The notes under the pieces: model-generated
Databases searched by the model: none
Seen by the model: the letters and a program-made list of their open reading frames with translations, nothing else
Told to the model about the DNA's origin: nothing
NCBI GenBank assembly: GCA_002269645.1
Contig: NIVC01000247.1
Coordinates: forward strand, 372,001-436,000
Length of the DNA stretch: 64,000 nucleotides
Source: Macrostomum lignano
Lineage: Eukaryota
Direction of reading: 5' to 3'
Program-made: the position numbers and the translations under genes
In this document: positions 24,680 through 37,649 of the stretch, in pieces
How the letters are laid out: each line of letters opens with the position of its first letter
How positions within the stretch are numbered: position 1 is the first letter of the stretch

Positions 24680-24891
24680 CTGCTATCATCGCAGTCATCG
24701 ACCACCACGGGAATGGGCAGGCCCAGCAGTCCTTTGATGTGAACGCACCTGTGAGGGTGCGGGTTATGCCTGGCAAAGAAGGAACTCTTGGACAGCTGGC
24801 CGAACCTGTAGCCTGACTGCGTCGATGGCCGGCTTGGAGTCGAGTTGGACGGCTCGGGCTTCTTCACCGGCTGAAGTTCCACGGTGGCCAT
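24680..24891 (-). CDS. TBATA: TBATA/SPATIAL-like protein, exon 1
   Basis: The ATG is preceded by an in-frame TAA. It encodes RFGQLSKSSFFARHNPHPHRCVHIKGLLGLPIPVVVD, matching the TBATA N-terminal block (RFGxLSxxSFFxRHxPHPxxVxHI). Donor AG|GTGAGG is phase 2. Confidence 0.8.
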
Positions 24892-27800
24892 CGCTTTTTA
24901 TTGAGCTGATCGAATCTGGGCGAGTGCAGCGCGCTAACTTGCTTCTACGGCAGCTGCACTTGCTGCTGCTGCGTCCCTTATAATACAGAGGCCAGTCTGT
25001 CTCTCGCCCACTCCCCCTGACTGTCTCTCTCGCTGTCGGTCTCTGTGGCAACCGCAAGCCAATTGGAAGCTAAGCGACAAAAATTGAAGCAGAGCAGAGT
25101 CTTTTGAAGCCTATAGTTTGTTCTCTCTCTCTCTCTCTTCCTGTGCGGCAGCTGAGGGTGCTAATTTTCTCTCTACGTGTTTCTCTTTTATTGCAATAGC
25201 CGCAGCTGTGCGAGTGTGTAGTGGCTGCTTGGGACCCGCTGGCGAAGTGGCTCCTATGCAACTCGTCTGTGTCTTCTGATGTCTACTTGGCGTGTCTCTC
25301 TCTGCTCTGGTCTCTCTTTTGTTTGCGAGTATGGTTCAACTCTTGAGAAGGTGCACACACTCCGCCTCGCTGTTTTCAGTACGGCGCCAGGTGCTTGTGG
25401 GGCAGTAAATTAAAGACTGTCGTTTTAGTTTGTAGACAACTGAACACCCAACCCCCCCATGTTTTATCGTGGAGAATAATCTTGAGCGCCATCTCTCTCA
25501 CTCTCTCTCTCTCTCTCTGCTCAGACCCTGACTGTAGGCAGCAGATTGGTTGCTGCAATTTTTTATTCGTCATGTACTCAAGAGTCTGAGCAGGTTTCCG
25601 CGGCAGGGTTCTTGAGCACGCAACCAGCTTTAGTATCGACATACGAGAATATCGCCTTAAGATCTATTGGCCTTAACCTGTTACTGTAATCATTTTTCAG
25701 AATATATCTTTTTTAATGTAACCTTTCCTAGGTTCGTCATTCAGGTTTCTCCTCTGCTTATTTCTTTTTCTTCCACTGTCTCATCTCTTACCCTACCTGT
25801 CGGATTGCTTGCAGGTGTGGCTGAGGTCCACTGACCCCTGAGAACTTACACTGATAAGTACACAGGCGCACAGGATGAACAGCGGCCCAGTCTTTATCAG
25901 CGTCGGGTATGTACACTCACTACGCCTTGGGGGTTGACCTCCGTGTGCCAGAACTACGCTAGCAGCAGTTAATGTGGCTGCACACGGAGTCAAACCACAG
26001 GTCCAACCTCTCATCAACTTTCCTTTACTTTTATCTACCCTCACTGACCTTTATTCGTTAATAAGTTAATGAATTATGAATATGCAGGCATTACAGTGCG
26101 ACAAACAAAAGATTCATAGAGAACTCTCTGTTGGATAAACACAATAGTTCTTGACGCCAAGCAGAACTGTATCAAGCAAGGTATATTTCTAAAAAAGACC
26201 TGTCTTTAGGCTGAGCCACTTCAAATGACAGGCACCCAACTGCCAACTCTGGCAGAAGATACGGAGAGAGAATTCCACTAGCCATTGTTGAGCCAGTGTG
26301 TGTGCTGTCTGCCTGAGACTGCCAGACTATGAGCTGATGCGGTACAAGCAGGGTCTGCGCGCTTCGGATAAGGCTGCCTCTCTCGCACCCCTCAGTACTC
26401 TGATCCATAACCATTGAGCAATAAGCTTGGCTCTTTCTTTGTCGGTTTTTTCGTTTATCTTTAAGACGTCGTCCAAGTCAGCTTGAGACGTAACCTAACC
26501 TAACGTGTACAGGTAAATATTAGGCTATAATATACTTAGGCATAGCCGGCCTAGGTAATACTCTGCACAGCATAGAAAGTGCCAAATGAACTGTTTACAG
26601 TAGTTAAATGTTGACTATACTAAGCAAGGCCAATTAAAACTAACTTCAAAGCAAACTTTGATATGGAGATGGTTTGAGTATGAAAAAGAGAGACTGAGCG
26701 AAAAGGACTTCGACGTATGATTGAACATGCTGCTCTCAGCCATGCATGCTTTTTCTCATATTTCCTTGCTAAAACATGCATATCGGGCTATGTCTGGAAT
26801 AACCTTGCACCATAGTCAAGTCAGATGAAGCCATTTTAAGAGTTACAGCAGCTCAGTAACTGTGAGCATCAATTCGACATGGAAAAATGAAAATGTAACA
26901 AAAAGAAATGTTTATGGTTTTGATTTCAATCGTATTTTCGCTTGCGCTGGTATAGTTAGAAACACGTTTTTAGATTAAAGTACAGCAAACTACAAGATGT
27001 CCAAAGCTTTATAATGTTGAGCATGAATACTTTAACAAATATATATTGTATTATGTAAAAAGCAGATAAAAATAAATATAGCATTTTCCAGATTAGGCTT
27101 TGGACAAGCAACTTAATCCTTAGTGGGAGAATGAAGACTTGCTTTCCATTGTCTATGGCCGAACTTAGATCGTTTAGTGGGAAAATGAAGCTGTTAAAGA
27201 TTTGCTTTTCATTGTCTATGACTCTAACCTGAATCCTTAGTGGGGGAATGACGCTATCAAAGACTTCTTTTTCATTGTCTATGGACCAGCCTTAATCCTT
27301 AGTAGTGGGAGAGCCAAGCTATTTAAGTCTTGCTTTTCAATGTCTATGGCCCTATAGGGGGTCTGTGGAGCAGTGTGGAACAGATTTGATTCTTTCCACA
27401 AACGTGCAAGCTTTGGACCATAGACAATAAAACAAACATTAGCAGCTTCTTTGGCCTAAATTCCATTCACAAGAAATCCTCAATAATTCCATGGATCTTC
27501 CAAAACAAGTTTATTTAAAATAATAAGAAATCATATCAACGTTGATAATTTGGTACCTTGGCAGCTTTTTGAACAAAAAAAATTGACAAATTTTCAGTGC
27601 TTTTGACGGATTGCTTTGCATGCGCCCTGAAAATTAGAACTGACGCAAGTTGTCAAGACCACGTAGAGCGAATTTTTTAGCATTTCCAACTTTGATGACT
27701 TTATAGCTTTGCAGTCATTCTTTGCATCTGCAGCTGCAGAACAATAGCAGAGCTTGCAGTCTGTCAAAGGCAAACATTTGCTAAACTCAGGCAAAGTTCC

Positions 27801-28344
27801 GTCCCGTTAAAAAAAGCCCAACATCCGGCATGTCTGCGTCTGATTTTTGGCTGCAGTCTATAGAACAAGCCAAACACCTTTTTTCAGTTCACTTTCACTC
27901 AACTTTTGTTTTAATAGACATGTTCCTTGATTTAAAATAGGCTACTTACAATAGTCTGACAGAGTATGTTTTCTGTCATACTGCACCACCTGTTGCGGGA
28001 TTTTCAATTATTAATCATGAGATTTGGTTTATCATTATTTGAGATTGCAGATTGCTTTCTGCTTTCTGAAGTCTTATAGCTGAAGAGATTGTAAGTAGTT
28101 GCATAATGCTCATATAATCCTATTATTTCGTGAACGTTGACCTACTTTATTCTGTGGACTTCGATGAGAACAAGAGGACACTTAAAGAACCCCTTCAATC
28201 CTAAGAATTGAATGGGTAAAAGGTTACCTGTCAATCTTCTTTACCCTAAAAACCCACCCGTGATCCAGGAACAATGGAATCATCAGAAAAAACCTGATTG
28301 GCTCAATGGCCCTTCTAGAACAGATACTACAGGGTTTGTGTTTC

Positions 28345-28895
28345 GGTCAATGACTCAAAGGAAATCGCTCCTTATTGCTAAATGACTCAAACGGAATCGC
28401 TCATTATTGGTCCATGACTCAAAGGAAATTGTTCAATGGTCAATGACTCAAAGGGAATCGCTCACTATTGGTCAATGGCTCAAACGGAATCGCTCATTAT
28501 TGGTCAATGACTCAAAGGGAATCCCTCATTATTGGTCAATGACTCAAAGGGAATCCCTCATTATTGGTCAATGACTCAAAGGAAATCGCTCATTATTGGT
28601 CAATGACTCAAAGGGAATCGCTCATTATTGGTCAATGACTCAAAGGGAATCCCTCATTATTGGTCAATGACTCAAAGGGAATCCCTCATTATTGGTCAAT
28701 GACTCAAAGGAAATCGCTCATTATTGGTCAATGACTCAAAGGAAATCGCTCACTATTGGTCAATGACTCAAAGGGAATCGCTCACTATTGGTCAATGGCT
28801 CAAACTGAAAAGCTCATTATTGGTCAATGACTCAAAGTAAATTGTTCATTTGGTCAATGACTCAAAGGAAACCGCTTCTTTCGCCAGTGACTCAG
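28345..28895. repeat. 32-bp minisatellite ATTATTGGTCAATGACTCAAAGGGAATCGCTC carrying TGACTCA (AP-1) and ATTGG (reverse CCAAT)
   Basis: I count 16 TGACTCA heptamers at about 32-bp spacing. Confidence 0.92.
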
Positions 28896-29562
28896 AGGAA
28901 ATGGCTCATTCGGCCAAAGACTCTAAAGCAAGGATCGCTAAAAATCGTTTTTATGACCAATGGCTCAAAGGCAATTGGGATCTGCGCAGTTTAAAAGTTT
29001 TAAAATCAGAATACATTTTATACTCATTGAAGCATGGTCAACACTTGTGCTTTTTACGACAAAGCTTAACTAAAGTGCCAGTCTGCATTCGTGCTGCCAA
29101 TGAGTCTACTCGCACTCTAACGCATAGTTAAAAAGGATTCAATAGAGAAGAATTTCTTTGGTCCAAAAAATGTCGGCAAAATTTCCGGGAGAGACGCATT
29201 AAGTCGGACTTTTGTTAGCGACCTTTTTGAAGTGTTTCTTTATTGTTTCCCTCAAGCACACGTCTCTAAACGGCTTCTTCTGTGGATACGGGGGGGGGGC
29301 TTCGGTCTCTCGGTGGGATTTGGCAAAGATCCGCAACTGCGACTCTCCCCAAGCCAGGCTTTGACTGCAGCAGGGCCGCAATGACTACCGCTACTTCCTC
29401 TCTCCTCTGACAGACCCCCGCAAGCTGTCAGCGCTTGGCCCCTCGCGCTCATTTCCCAGTTCAGCTCCCTGCAGCAGAAGTATCGATCGATCGATTGGAA
29501 AATTTCTTTCCCGATCGTGATCGCTTCGGTTGGGGCAGGAGCGGTAGACTGTTGTTGGCTCA

Positions 29563-29564
<2 letters not shown>

Positions 29565-29606
<42 letters not shown>
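29565..29606. repeat. (CT)n microsatellite about 225 bp upstream of the RASEF ATG
   Basis: Directly visible; similar (CT)n tracts at about 25120 and 25495 lie upstream of TBATA. Confidence 0.9.
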
Positions 29607-29608
<2 letters not shown>

Positions 29609-29831
29609 GCTCGACTTGCTCGCCAAGCCTCGAAGATTAAAATGCAAGTCCTTGGCTCACAAAGCGATTGGCTTTAGCTGTTACAGGGTTTCCCGCTTCA
29701 ATTTAATCTCCCATTCTAGCTGGCTCTCTCTCTCCAACACTCTAGTGGATTTTTTGCCCTCTCAGACACAAGAGGCTCTGTGATGTAGTGCCGCCTGAGC
29801 ACCTACCTACGTACCTATCTCGCTGAGCACA

Positions 29832-31745
29832 ATGACGCAGGAACAATTCGGCTCGAGTCTGGCCGAATCGCAACGAGCTGCGTCTCTGTTCAGCCTCCTG
29901 GACACTGACGGATCCGGCTTCATCACCGAGTCGGACCTCGCTCGCTGCTGCGACGGTGATCTTAGGCCAGATGAGGTCCGACAGATCTTCGCCCAGTTGG
30001 ACGAAGACGGCGACGGCCGGGTTGACGCGGCCGACTTTCAGGCCGGTTTCAGGGCCATCGGCCTGTCCTTGGCCTCCCGCGAGTTGCACAACCAGCATCA
30101 GCATCATCACCAGCAGTTGGCAGCTGGCCAGGCTGGCAGCTCTCTGAGCATGAAGGCCTTCTCCCAGGAGCGGCTACTAGACGTTGACGAGCCCCAAGAG
30201 CTGCGACAGCCGCCGCAGCAGCGTAGCGGTGCCAGCGGAGCAGACCTCGAACACCAGCTGACAGAGGGACTTCAGCAGCTCAGCTGTCAAGAGAAAGTCT
30301 GCGAGCTGCACTGCCTGTTGCAGCGCCAATACCCCCAGCTTGTAGACAGCTTCGAGTCCATTATTGTCAGTGCAGCCAAGGAGGTCGGAGCTCAACGTCG
30401 CGAACGTCAACGACTCGAGGAGGCCTTTGCCAGAGCCAAGGCGGCCAACGAGAGCCACGTGCGCCAACTGGAGGAGGAGATGGAGATCCAGATGACCAAG
30501 TTGGAGCAGCGAGCGAGAGCGCAGGAAAGACGCCGGCTGGCCGAGCAATACCAGGACCTGCTGGACAGAAAGCAGGCCGAAATCGACGAGCTGCAGACGA
30601 TGATCGACGAACTGCAGCGTCGACGAAGCCGACAGGATGCCGCGGATGCCACTTCAGAGGTCGGGTTACGACGCAGCGTCGAAGAAACCAGGGAGCGAAA
30701 CCAGAGTCTCTTAGCGGACATGCAGAGGCTGGAGACGGCGCTAGCGGTAAGCCGCAGCGAGCTCGCTCGAATGCGCCAGGACCAGGAAGGCCGGACCCGG
30801 GAGCTGCTGGTCGAGAGAAGAAATCTTCAGACCTACCAGCGCGATCAGGAGCAGCTGGCACTACAGCTGCGGCTGCTACAGCAGGCCAACCGGAGTCTAA
30901 GCGACACCAACGACAGTCTGCGCTGCGCTCTTGAGCGCCAATACAGCGGCGTCAGCAGCGGTGGTGGCGGAGGTGGCGCTGTCACGCCGTCGTCCGGGCG
31001 AGGCAGCTTCTGTCGCCCCGTGAGCAGCGTTGGCACCGCCGCGGCCGCGGAGGAATTTTGCGAAGACGGGGTGGAGAGAAGAGTGGGTCTGAGCACCGAG
31101 CTAGATGAGGATGACGAGGAGGTTGACAGCGGAATGTCGACCTGTCGCGACGATCAGCGACAGTCCATGGCTTCTGCCGCCGACTTCCCGGATCACTTTG
31201 TAATCCCTTTTGGCGGCGGCGGCGGCGGCGGCAAAGGCTTTGGGTACGATTTTACCGACGAAGAAGTAGAAGAGGATGAAGAAGGTCTTCACTCCACCCG
31301 AGAGACTCTGGTCGATTGTGGAGCTCGGGAGCGGAGCTCGGCGACCGCTCAACAGCTGGACGATTGCTATATGTACTCCGAAGCGCAGGAGGACGGAGAA
31401 GTCATCCGTCGTCGCCAGCCGTTGCGCAGCAGTCGAAGGCATCGGCAGCTCCGTCGGTGTCCTCAGCCTCATCAGATGGGATATCCGGAGGAAGAGGAGG
31501 AGGGCACTGAAGTGGATCAGGCAGAGTCAATTGCTGAGTCGGTTGCCATGTCGCCACCCGAGCGCATGTTCAAGGTGGTGTTGGCAGGCGACGCGGCAGT
31601 GGGCAAGAGCAGCTTCATTGGACGATTTTGCGATGGTCGATTCTCTGCCAACACGACGGCCACGCTGGGCGTAGACTTCAAGACTCGGACGCTGGTAGTG
31701 GACGGTCGAGTTGTGGCCGTACAGCTTTGGGACACGGCCGGCCAG
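29832..31745 (+). CDS. RASEF: RASEF/Rab45 (EF-hand + coiled coil + Rab GTPase), exon 1
   Basis: Two EF-hands (DTDGSGFITESDL; DEDGDGRVDAADF), a long coiled coil, then Rab G1 GDAAVGKS, switch I TLGVDF and G3 WDTAGQ. Donor CAG|GTTAGA is phase 0. Confidence 0.92.
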
Positions 31746-31830
31746 GTTAGAAAAAACTTCCCTAACTAATTGTCCGCATATTTTCTGTCGAACGGCCTTT
31801 GCATTCTCCAGTTTCTTGTAGCCATTGTCA

Positions 31831-32840
31831 AACTCAAAAGTCACTCTCCAGTCTTAACTCGAGAGTCACTCTCCAGTACCAACTCTAGAGTCACTCTCCA
31901 GTCCCAACTCGAGAGTCACTCTCCAGTCCCAACTCGAGAGTCACTCTCCAGTACCAACTCTAGAGTCACTCTCCAGTCTTAACTCGAGAGTCACTCTCCA
32001 GTCCCAACTCGAGAGTCACTTTCCAGTACCAACTCTAGAGTCACTCTCCAGTCCCAACTCGAGAGTCACTCTCCAGTACCAACTCTAGAGTCACTCTCCA
32101 GTCCCAACTCGAGAGTCACTCTCCAGTACCAACTCTAGAGTCACTCTCCAGTCCCAACTCTAGAGTCACTCTCCAGTACCAACTCTAGAGTCACTCTCCA
32201 GTACCAACTCGAGAGTCACTCTCCAGTCCCAACTCGAGAGTCACTTTCCAGTCCCAACTCGAGAGTCACTCTCCAGTCTTAACTCGAGAGTCACTCTCCA
32301 GTACCAACTCGAGAGTCACTCTCCAGTCCCAACTCTAGAGTCACTCTCCAGTCCCAACTCGAGAGTCACTCTCCAGTCTTAACTCGAGAGTCACTCTCCA
32401 GTCCCAACTCGAGAGTCACTTTCCAGTACCAACTCTAGAGTCACTCTCCAGTCCCAACTCGAGAGTCACTCTCCAGTACCAACTCTAGAGTCACTCTCCA
32501 GTCCCAACTCGAGAGTCACTCTCCAGTACCAACTCTAGAGTCACTCTCCAGTCCCAACTCCAGAGTCACTCTCCAGTCCCAACTCTAGAGTCACTCTCCA
32601 GTCCCAACTCGAGAGTCACTCTCCAGTACCAACTCGAGAGTCACTCTCCAGTCCCAACTCGAGAGTCACTCTCCAGTCCCAATTCGAGAGTAACTCTCCA
32701 GTCCCAATTCGAGAGTCACTCTCCAGTCCCAATTCGAGAGTCACTCTCCAGTCTCAACCCGAGAGTCACTCTCCAATCTTAACTGGAGAGTAACTCTCCA
32801 GTCTCAAACCTAGAGTCACTCCACAGTCTCAACTCTAGAG
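31831..32840. repeat. 25-bp minisatellite CTCGAGAGTCACTCTCCAGTCCCAA, about 40 copies, in the RASEF intron
   Basis: Directly visible; begins about 85 nt after the donor. Confidence 0.95.
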
Positions 32841-33649
32841 CTAATCTCGTTATCCTTATTTAACTCAACTCGCAATTAAACTCGCACAGCTCAAAATAAA
32901 GTTGAGATCACGCTAATTCTCAGATCACGCTAATTTTTAACAATAGACAGTAAACAATTACTTAAGACAGACTATATATTATGGAAATTAAATATGAGCA
33001 GACAGTTTGACTCAAAAACAAAGTCATAAATCAAGCGTACTGACGGCATAAAATACAAGTCTACATATCGTCACCGCGTGAGTCAGTGAATGTCCAAATA
33101 TGGAAACTACACCCGCGGGGCTATGGAACTGTCTACGTCAAACAATTTTCAGTACCTCAATTGAAAACCCGTATAATTTTGAGCACTTCAACTCCTTACT
33201 CTTTGTATTGTACTACCCTCAATCGCGCTACTCAAAGTCTAACATACTAGCCCCGCCTGAAGCCAAGTCAGTCACAGTCCGCTAGCTTTGTGGAAATACG
33301 ATATTTGGCAATTAATTTTGCTCAACTCCAACAGTCGCTGAAGTCGATTGGGAAAGAGAGAGGGGAGGAGAGAGGGCGAGAGTCTAGCAGAAAAGTTCAG
33401 GTCACGATCAGAGTCCAGTAAAAAAACTACCAGTGAAGCTCTTACACTTGGCAATAGATAGAGGGCAGAGCTCTAAGAATGCTAAGAAAGCATTCGAGGC
33501 GTCGCGAAAACTATAAATTTTATTTTAAGACAGCTAGACTGACGATTTCCTCTCAATGTCATCTGATATATACTGAATTTGACGAGAAATCTTGCAGAAG
33601 TCACATAATAATCTTTCGTTGAGTATTGTCTAAATCCTACCGAAAAAAT

Positions 33650-34410
33650 CTTCCACCTGAATCTAACTTGAATCTCCCTCTGAATCTGTTATGAATCTCA
33701 CAATATCTTATAATTCTCACCTGAATCTCACCTGAACCTCATCAAATTTCACAGGAATTTCATGCAATCTCATCTGAATCTCACCGGAATCTCACCTGAA
33801 TATCATCAAATCTCACCTGAATCCCACTTGAACCTCATCCAATCTCACCTGAACCTCATTCAAGCCCACATGAACCCCATCTAATCTCATATGAACTCCA
33901 TCCAATCTCACCGGATATCTTCCAATCTCACCTGAATCTCACCTGAATCTCATCCAATCTCATTTAAATCTCACCAAAATATCTTCTCATCTCACCTAAA
34001 TCTCATCTGAACCTTATCCAATCTCACCTGAACGTCATCTAATCTCACCTGAATCTTACCTGAATCTCACCTGAATATCATCAAATCTCACCTGAATCCC
34101 ACTTGAACCTCATCCAATCTCACCTGAACCTCATTCAAGCCCACATGAACCCCATCTAATCTCACATGAACTCCATCCAATCTCACCGGATATCTTCCAA
34201 TCTCACCTGAATCTCACCTGAATCTCATCCAATCTCATTTTAATCTCACCAAAATATCTTCTCATCTCACCTAAATCTCATCTAAACCTTATCCAATCTC
34301 ACCTGAACGTCATCTAATCTCACCTGAATCTTACCTGAATCTCACCCAATCTCACCTAAATCTCACCGAAAAATCGTCTATTCCATCTACTAAAAATTCT
34401 CACCTGAATC
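33650..34410. repeat. Degenerate 11-bp repeat AATCTCACCTG with an internal duplication of about 275 bp, in the RASEF intron
   Basis: Directly visible; the marker CCCACTTG occurs at 33823 and 34098. The array runs up to the exon 2 acceptor. Confidence 0.9.
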
Positions 34411-34425
34411 TCGAACCATCGCCAG

Positions 34426-34851
34426 GAGCGCTTCCGCAGCATTGCCAAGTCCTACTTCCGTCGCGCAGACGGCGTGATCCTCATGTACGACTGCACCCAC
34501 GAACGTTCGTTCCTGAGCGCTCGCGACTGGATGGAGTCGATCCGGGATTGCGCCGAGCCCGGCATCCCCGTTGTGCTGGCCGGCAACAAGGCCGACCTTC
34601 GCGGTGGAGGCGGCACCGGGCGAGGCGTCGACGCATCGGAAGGCGCCCGCCTTGCCGAGTCGCTGGAGGCGGCGATGTTTGTGGAGACGAGCGCCGCGTC
34701 GGGCCTGGCCGTCAGCTCGACGGTGGAGCAGCTCTGCCGGTTGCTATGGGAACGAGAGGACGCAGAGTTGATGCGAGGCGGCGGTGGCGACAGCTCCGGC
34801 AGTGTTCAGCTGAAAGATGGCGCAGGAAAGAAACTGGGCTCCTGTTGCTGA
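34426..34851 (+). CDS. RASEF: RASEF/Rab45, exon 2 (rest of Rab domain, CC prenylation end)
   Basis: Acceptor GCCAG|GAG gives ERFRSIAKSYFRRADGVILMYD...GNKADL...ETSA...GSCC*. The total protein is about 779 aa. Confidence 0.92.
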   Translation, partial: ERFRSIAKSYFRRADGVILMYDCTHERSFLSARDWMESIRDCAEPGIPVVLAGNKADLRGGGGTGRGVDASEGARLAESLEAAMFVETSAASGLAVSSTVEQLCRLLWEREDAELMRGGGGDSSGSVQLKDGAGKKLGSCC

Positions 34852-36782
34852 GAAGGATGAGGTGAAATCTCCAGTTAAATGCTTGGGATTAATTATTTAA
34901 ATCAGAGCCAAGCTCAACGAGTTTCACCGGCAATGACGCTGTGTGCTCCGATTTGAATCGCTTTGACCTCTCGATTCACATCTAGTTGAATAAACCAATG
35001 CATTGGGGCATTCATTGCATTCCATATGTGGAATAGAACTGCTTGTGACAGTCAATCAAGGGCAAAAGGCAAAAAAGAAATGAATTTCTCAGGTTTGACG
35101 TTACGAAGAATGGAAGTGATATGATTTGCCCTTCTTATATAGGTCTATTGATAATCATAGGTACGCTCGTACATGTACATAGGTTCGCACATGTCCTGTT
35201 CCTAAAAATCGTAAAAATGGTGCTAGGAATGATGAAAAAGCTGTGCCATCTTTACGTTTTTTAGGCACAGGGGCATCTACTTAGAATATAAAATTAACAT
35301 AGAATCCTGATTTTCCAAACAGACAGTTTTAAGAATACCAACAAACCCATGAGTATAAGACCGGCAAGTCATATCAAAAGACGAACTTCGGGTCTGCCTG
35401 CTATCAAAAGCATTAAAAACAATTTTTTTGCTGAAAAACTTTAAAAACCTCCAAGCGTCCACAAACGGAATTGAATCGCCGGTGGTTGAGACTAGCAGGA
35501 AAGGCGACAATGTTTCTGGTACCCGTTCGCTTGTAAAAAATCCAAAGTTTATTTAACAATGAAGTTCTCATTCGGAATCCGTCTAATGTAATTTGCTTCC
35601 ACTCTGGTTAAGCAGTTTTGTCTATCGTTATTCTAGCACTTATTCTAACAAAGTTTATTAACCCAGTAATGGAATGCACACGTATCGGTCGTCAGTTGAG
35701 CCTAGCCACGTGACACTTTGCGAAATCGATTTGATTGTTTTAGAGTTGATAACGATCTCCCTCCACCAGCCATGAGAGCAAACATGGCACTACTGTTGCC
35801 TGCGAATATTTAATTATTTACTATTCAAATAATACCATATAATTTTTATATAGATCCTTGTTATATTTTGCTTTTTCTGTCAAAACTGTCCCAACAATTT
35901 TTGTTCTTTTGGCTTGCGCTGGCGCTCTAAATTATTGATTTTTGTATTGTGAATTTAAACTTTATTCAAACTACCTTAGCAGGATTCGTTCGATTCCTAA
36001 CAGTAGTATGTGGCGATAATTCATAGTTACTCTGAGTGGACTTACTCAGACTGAGGGACTCAGCCTTGTTTCGAGTTACTGCAATTTTCGCCAACATTTC
36101 CACAAAGCGCCATTTTAGATGAGATGAAAGCAGAAATATTTCGAGATGTATTTTTTTGTCTTCATTGTATACTTTTCGTCATGGATTTTTTACACTCTCG
36201 TTCTCGCGACACCAGTGCGCTACAATGTCAGTCATCAGTCTTCCATTCACTTTGGTGCAAGGTTTACTTCTAACAGGCATATGAATTAAATACACAAACG
36301 TAATATACAAATGCTTTTTGAAGAAGAGAGCATTTTATTTAGTTACCACTGCTAAAATTAGCAAGTTTTTTTCTGGGTATTTACTAATTGTTTTGTGTCC
36401 GGGACCTAGCAATTGGGGATGCAGTGTAACTCTATGAGTAGGGGGTTCGAGTCCAGGACCTGAGTTAGAATTTGTGGCCTGAATAGTCAGGATTGAATTT
36501 CAATACAATATTGCAAGTAACCCAAGGCATCCTATCGCACAAGTGTAACTTTGCTCTTTTTTACGGTTTTCCCCAAGTACGATTTCAATGGGCGGAACAT
36601 TCAATGTTGACTTAAGTGACAAAGAAAATAGGAATGTTAACAGAATAAATCTAATTAAATAATTTTATTACACCTATATAAGTATTCGATTCAAGTAGTC
36701 TACATGTATATAAAATTGCATTAAACTATAAAATGTTATCAAAATATAATCTATCCAACCCTCTTGACACCCACTTGGATCA

Positions 36783-37482
36783 ATGGGGGGGGGGCGCCAA
36801 GCCTGCTAGAAGGGGGAGAGGGGGCGCCAAGCCTGCTGGAGAGGGGGCGCCAAGCCTGCTGGAGGGGGGCGCCAAGTCTGCTGGAGGGGGGGGCGCCAAG
36901 CCTGCTGGAGAGGGGGCGCCAAGCCTGCTGGAGGGGGGGGGCGCCAAGCCTGCTAGAAGGGGGAGAGGGGGCGCCAAGCCTGCTGGAGAGGGGGCGCCAA
37001 GCCTGCTGGAGGGGGGCGCCAAGTCTGCTGGAGGGGGGGCGCCAAGCCTGCTGGAGAGGGGGCGCCAAGCCTGCTGGAGGGGGGGGGGCGCCAAGCCTGC
37101 TGTAATTGGGGCGCCAAGCCTGCTGGAGGGGGGCGCCAAGCCTGCTGGAGTGGGGCGGCGCCAAGCCTGCTGGAAGGGGGCGCCAAGCCTGCTGGAGGGG
37201 GGCGCCAAGCCTGCTGGAGGGGGGGGCGCCAAGCCTGCTGGAAGTGGGGGGGGGGGGCGCCAAGCCTGCTGGAAGGGGGGGGCGCCAAGCCTGCTGGAAG
37301 TGGGGGGGGGCGCCAAGCCTGCTGGAAGGGGGAGGGGGGGCGCCAAGCCTGCTGGAGTGGGGGGGGGCGCCAAGCCTGCTGGAAGGGGGGGCGCCAAGCC
37401 TGCTGGAAGTGGGGGGGCGCCAAGCCTGCTGGAAGGGGGAGGGGGGGGCGCCAAGCCTGCTGAAACGGGGGGGACGCCAAGG
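36783..37482. repeat. G-rich minisatellite G(n)GCGCCAAGCCTGCTGGA, about 30 copies
   Basis: Directly visible, with variable G-runs. Confidence 0.95.
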
Positions 37483-37649
37483 TTTTGGTGCAGTCAATGA
37501 TTATTTTGCGCAACAGTGAAAAATTTAGAAAAATTCTAGAAATACATGCGTATAATTAATTAAATACGGCAATTTGGAAATTAAAATAGATAAAAATGCT
37601 GCAGCACAAATCATTTTTTTCATTTTTTAACAACAAAAACAACAACAAC

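Noticed and set aside
25796-26414. Exon-like segments upstream of TBATA with GT donors on the minus strand
   Set aside because: No recognisable product, and TBATA exon 1 already has an in-frame upstream stop. These are at most untested 5' UTR exons.
36733-37519. Gly/Ala/Pro-rich ORFs in all six frames
   Set aside because: Artefacts of the G-rich minisatellite.
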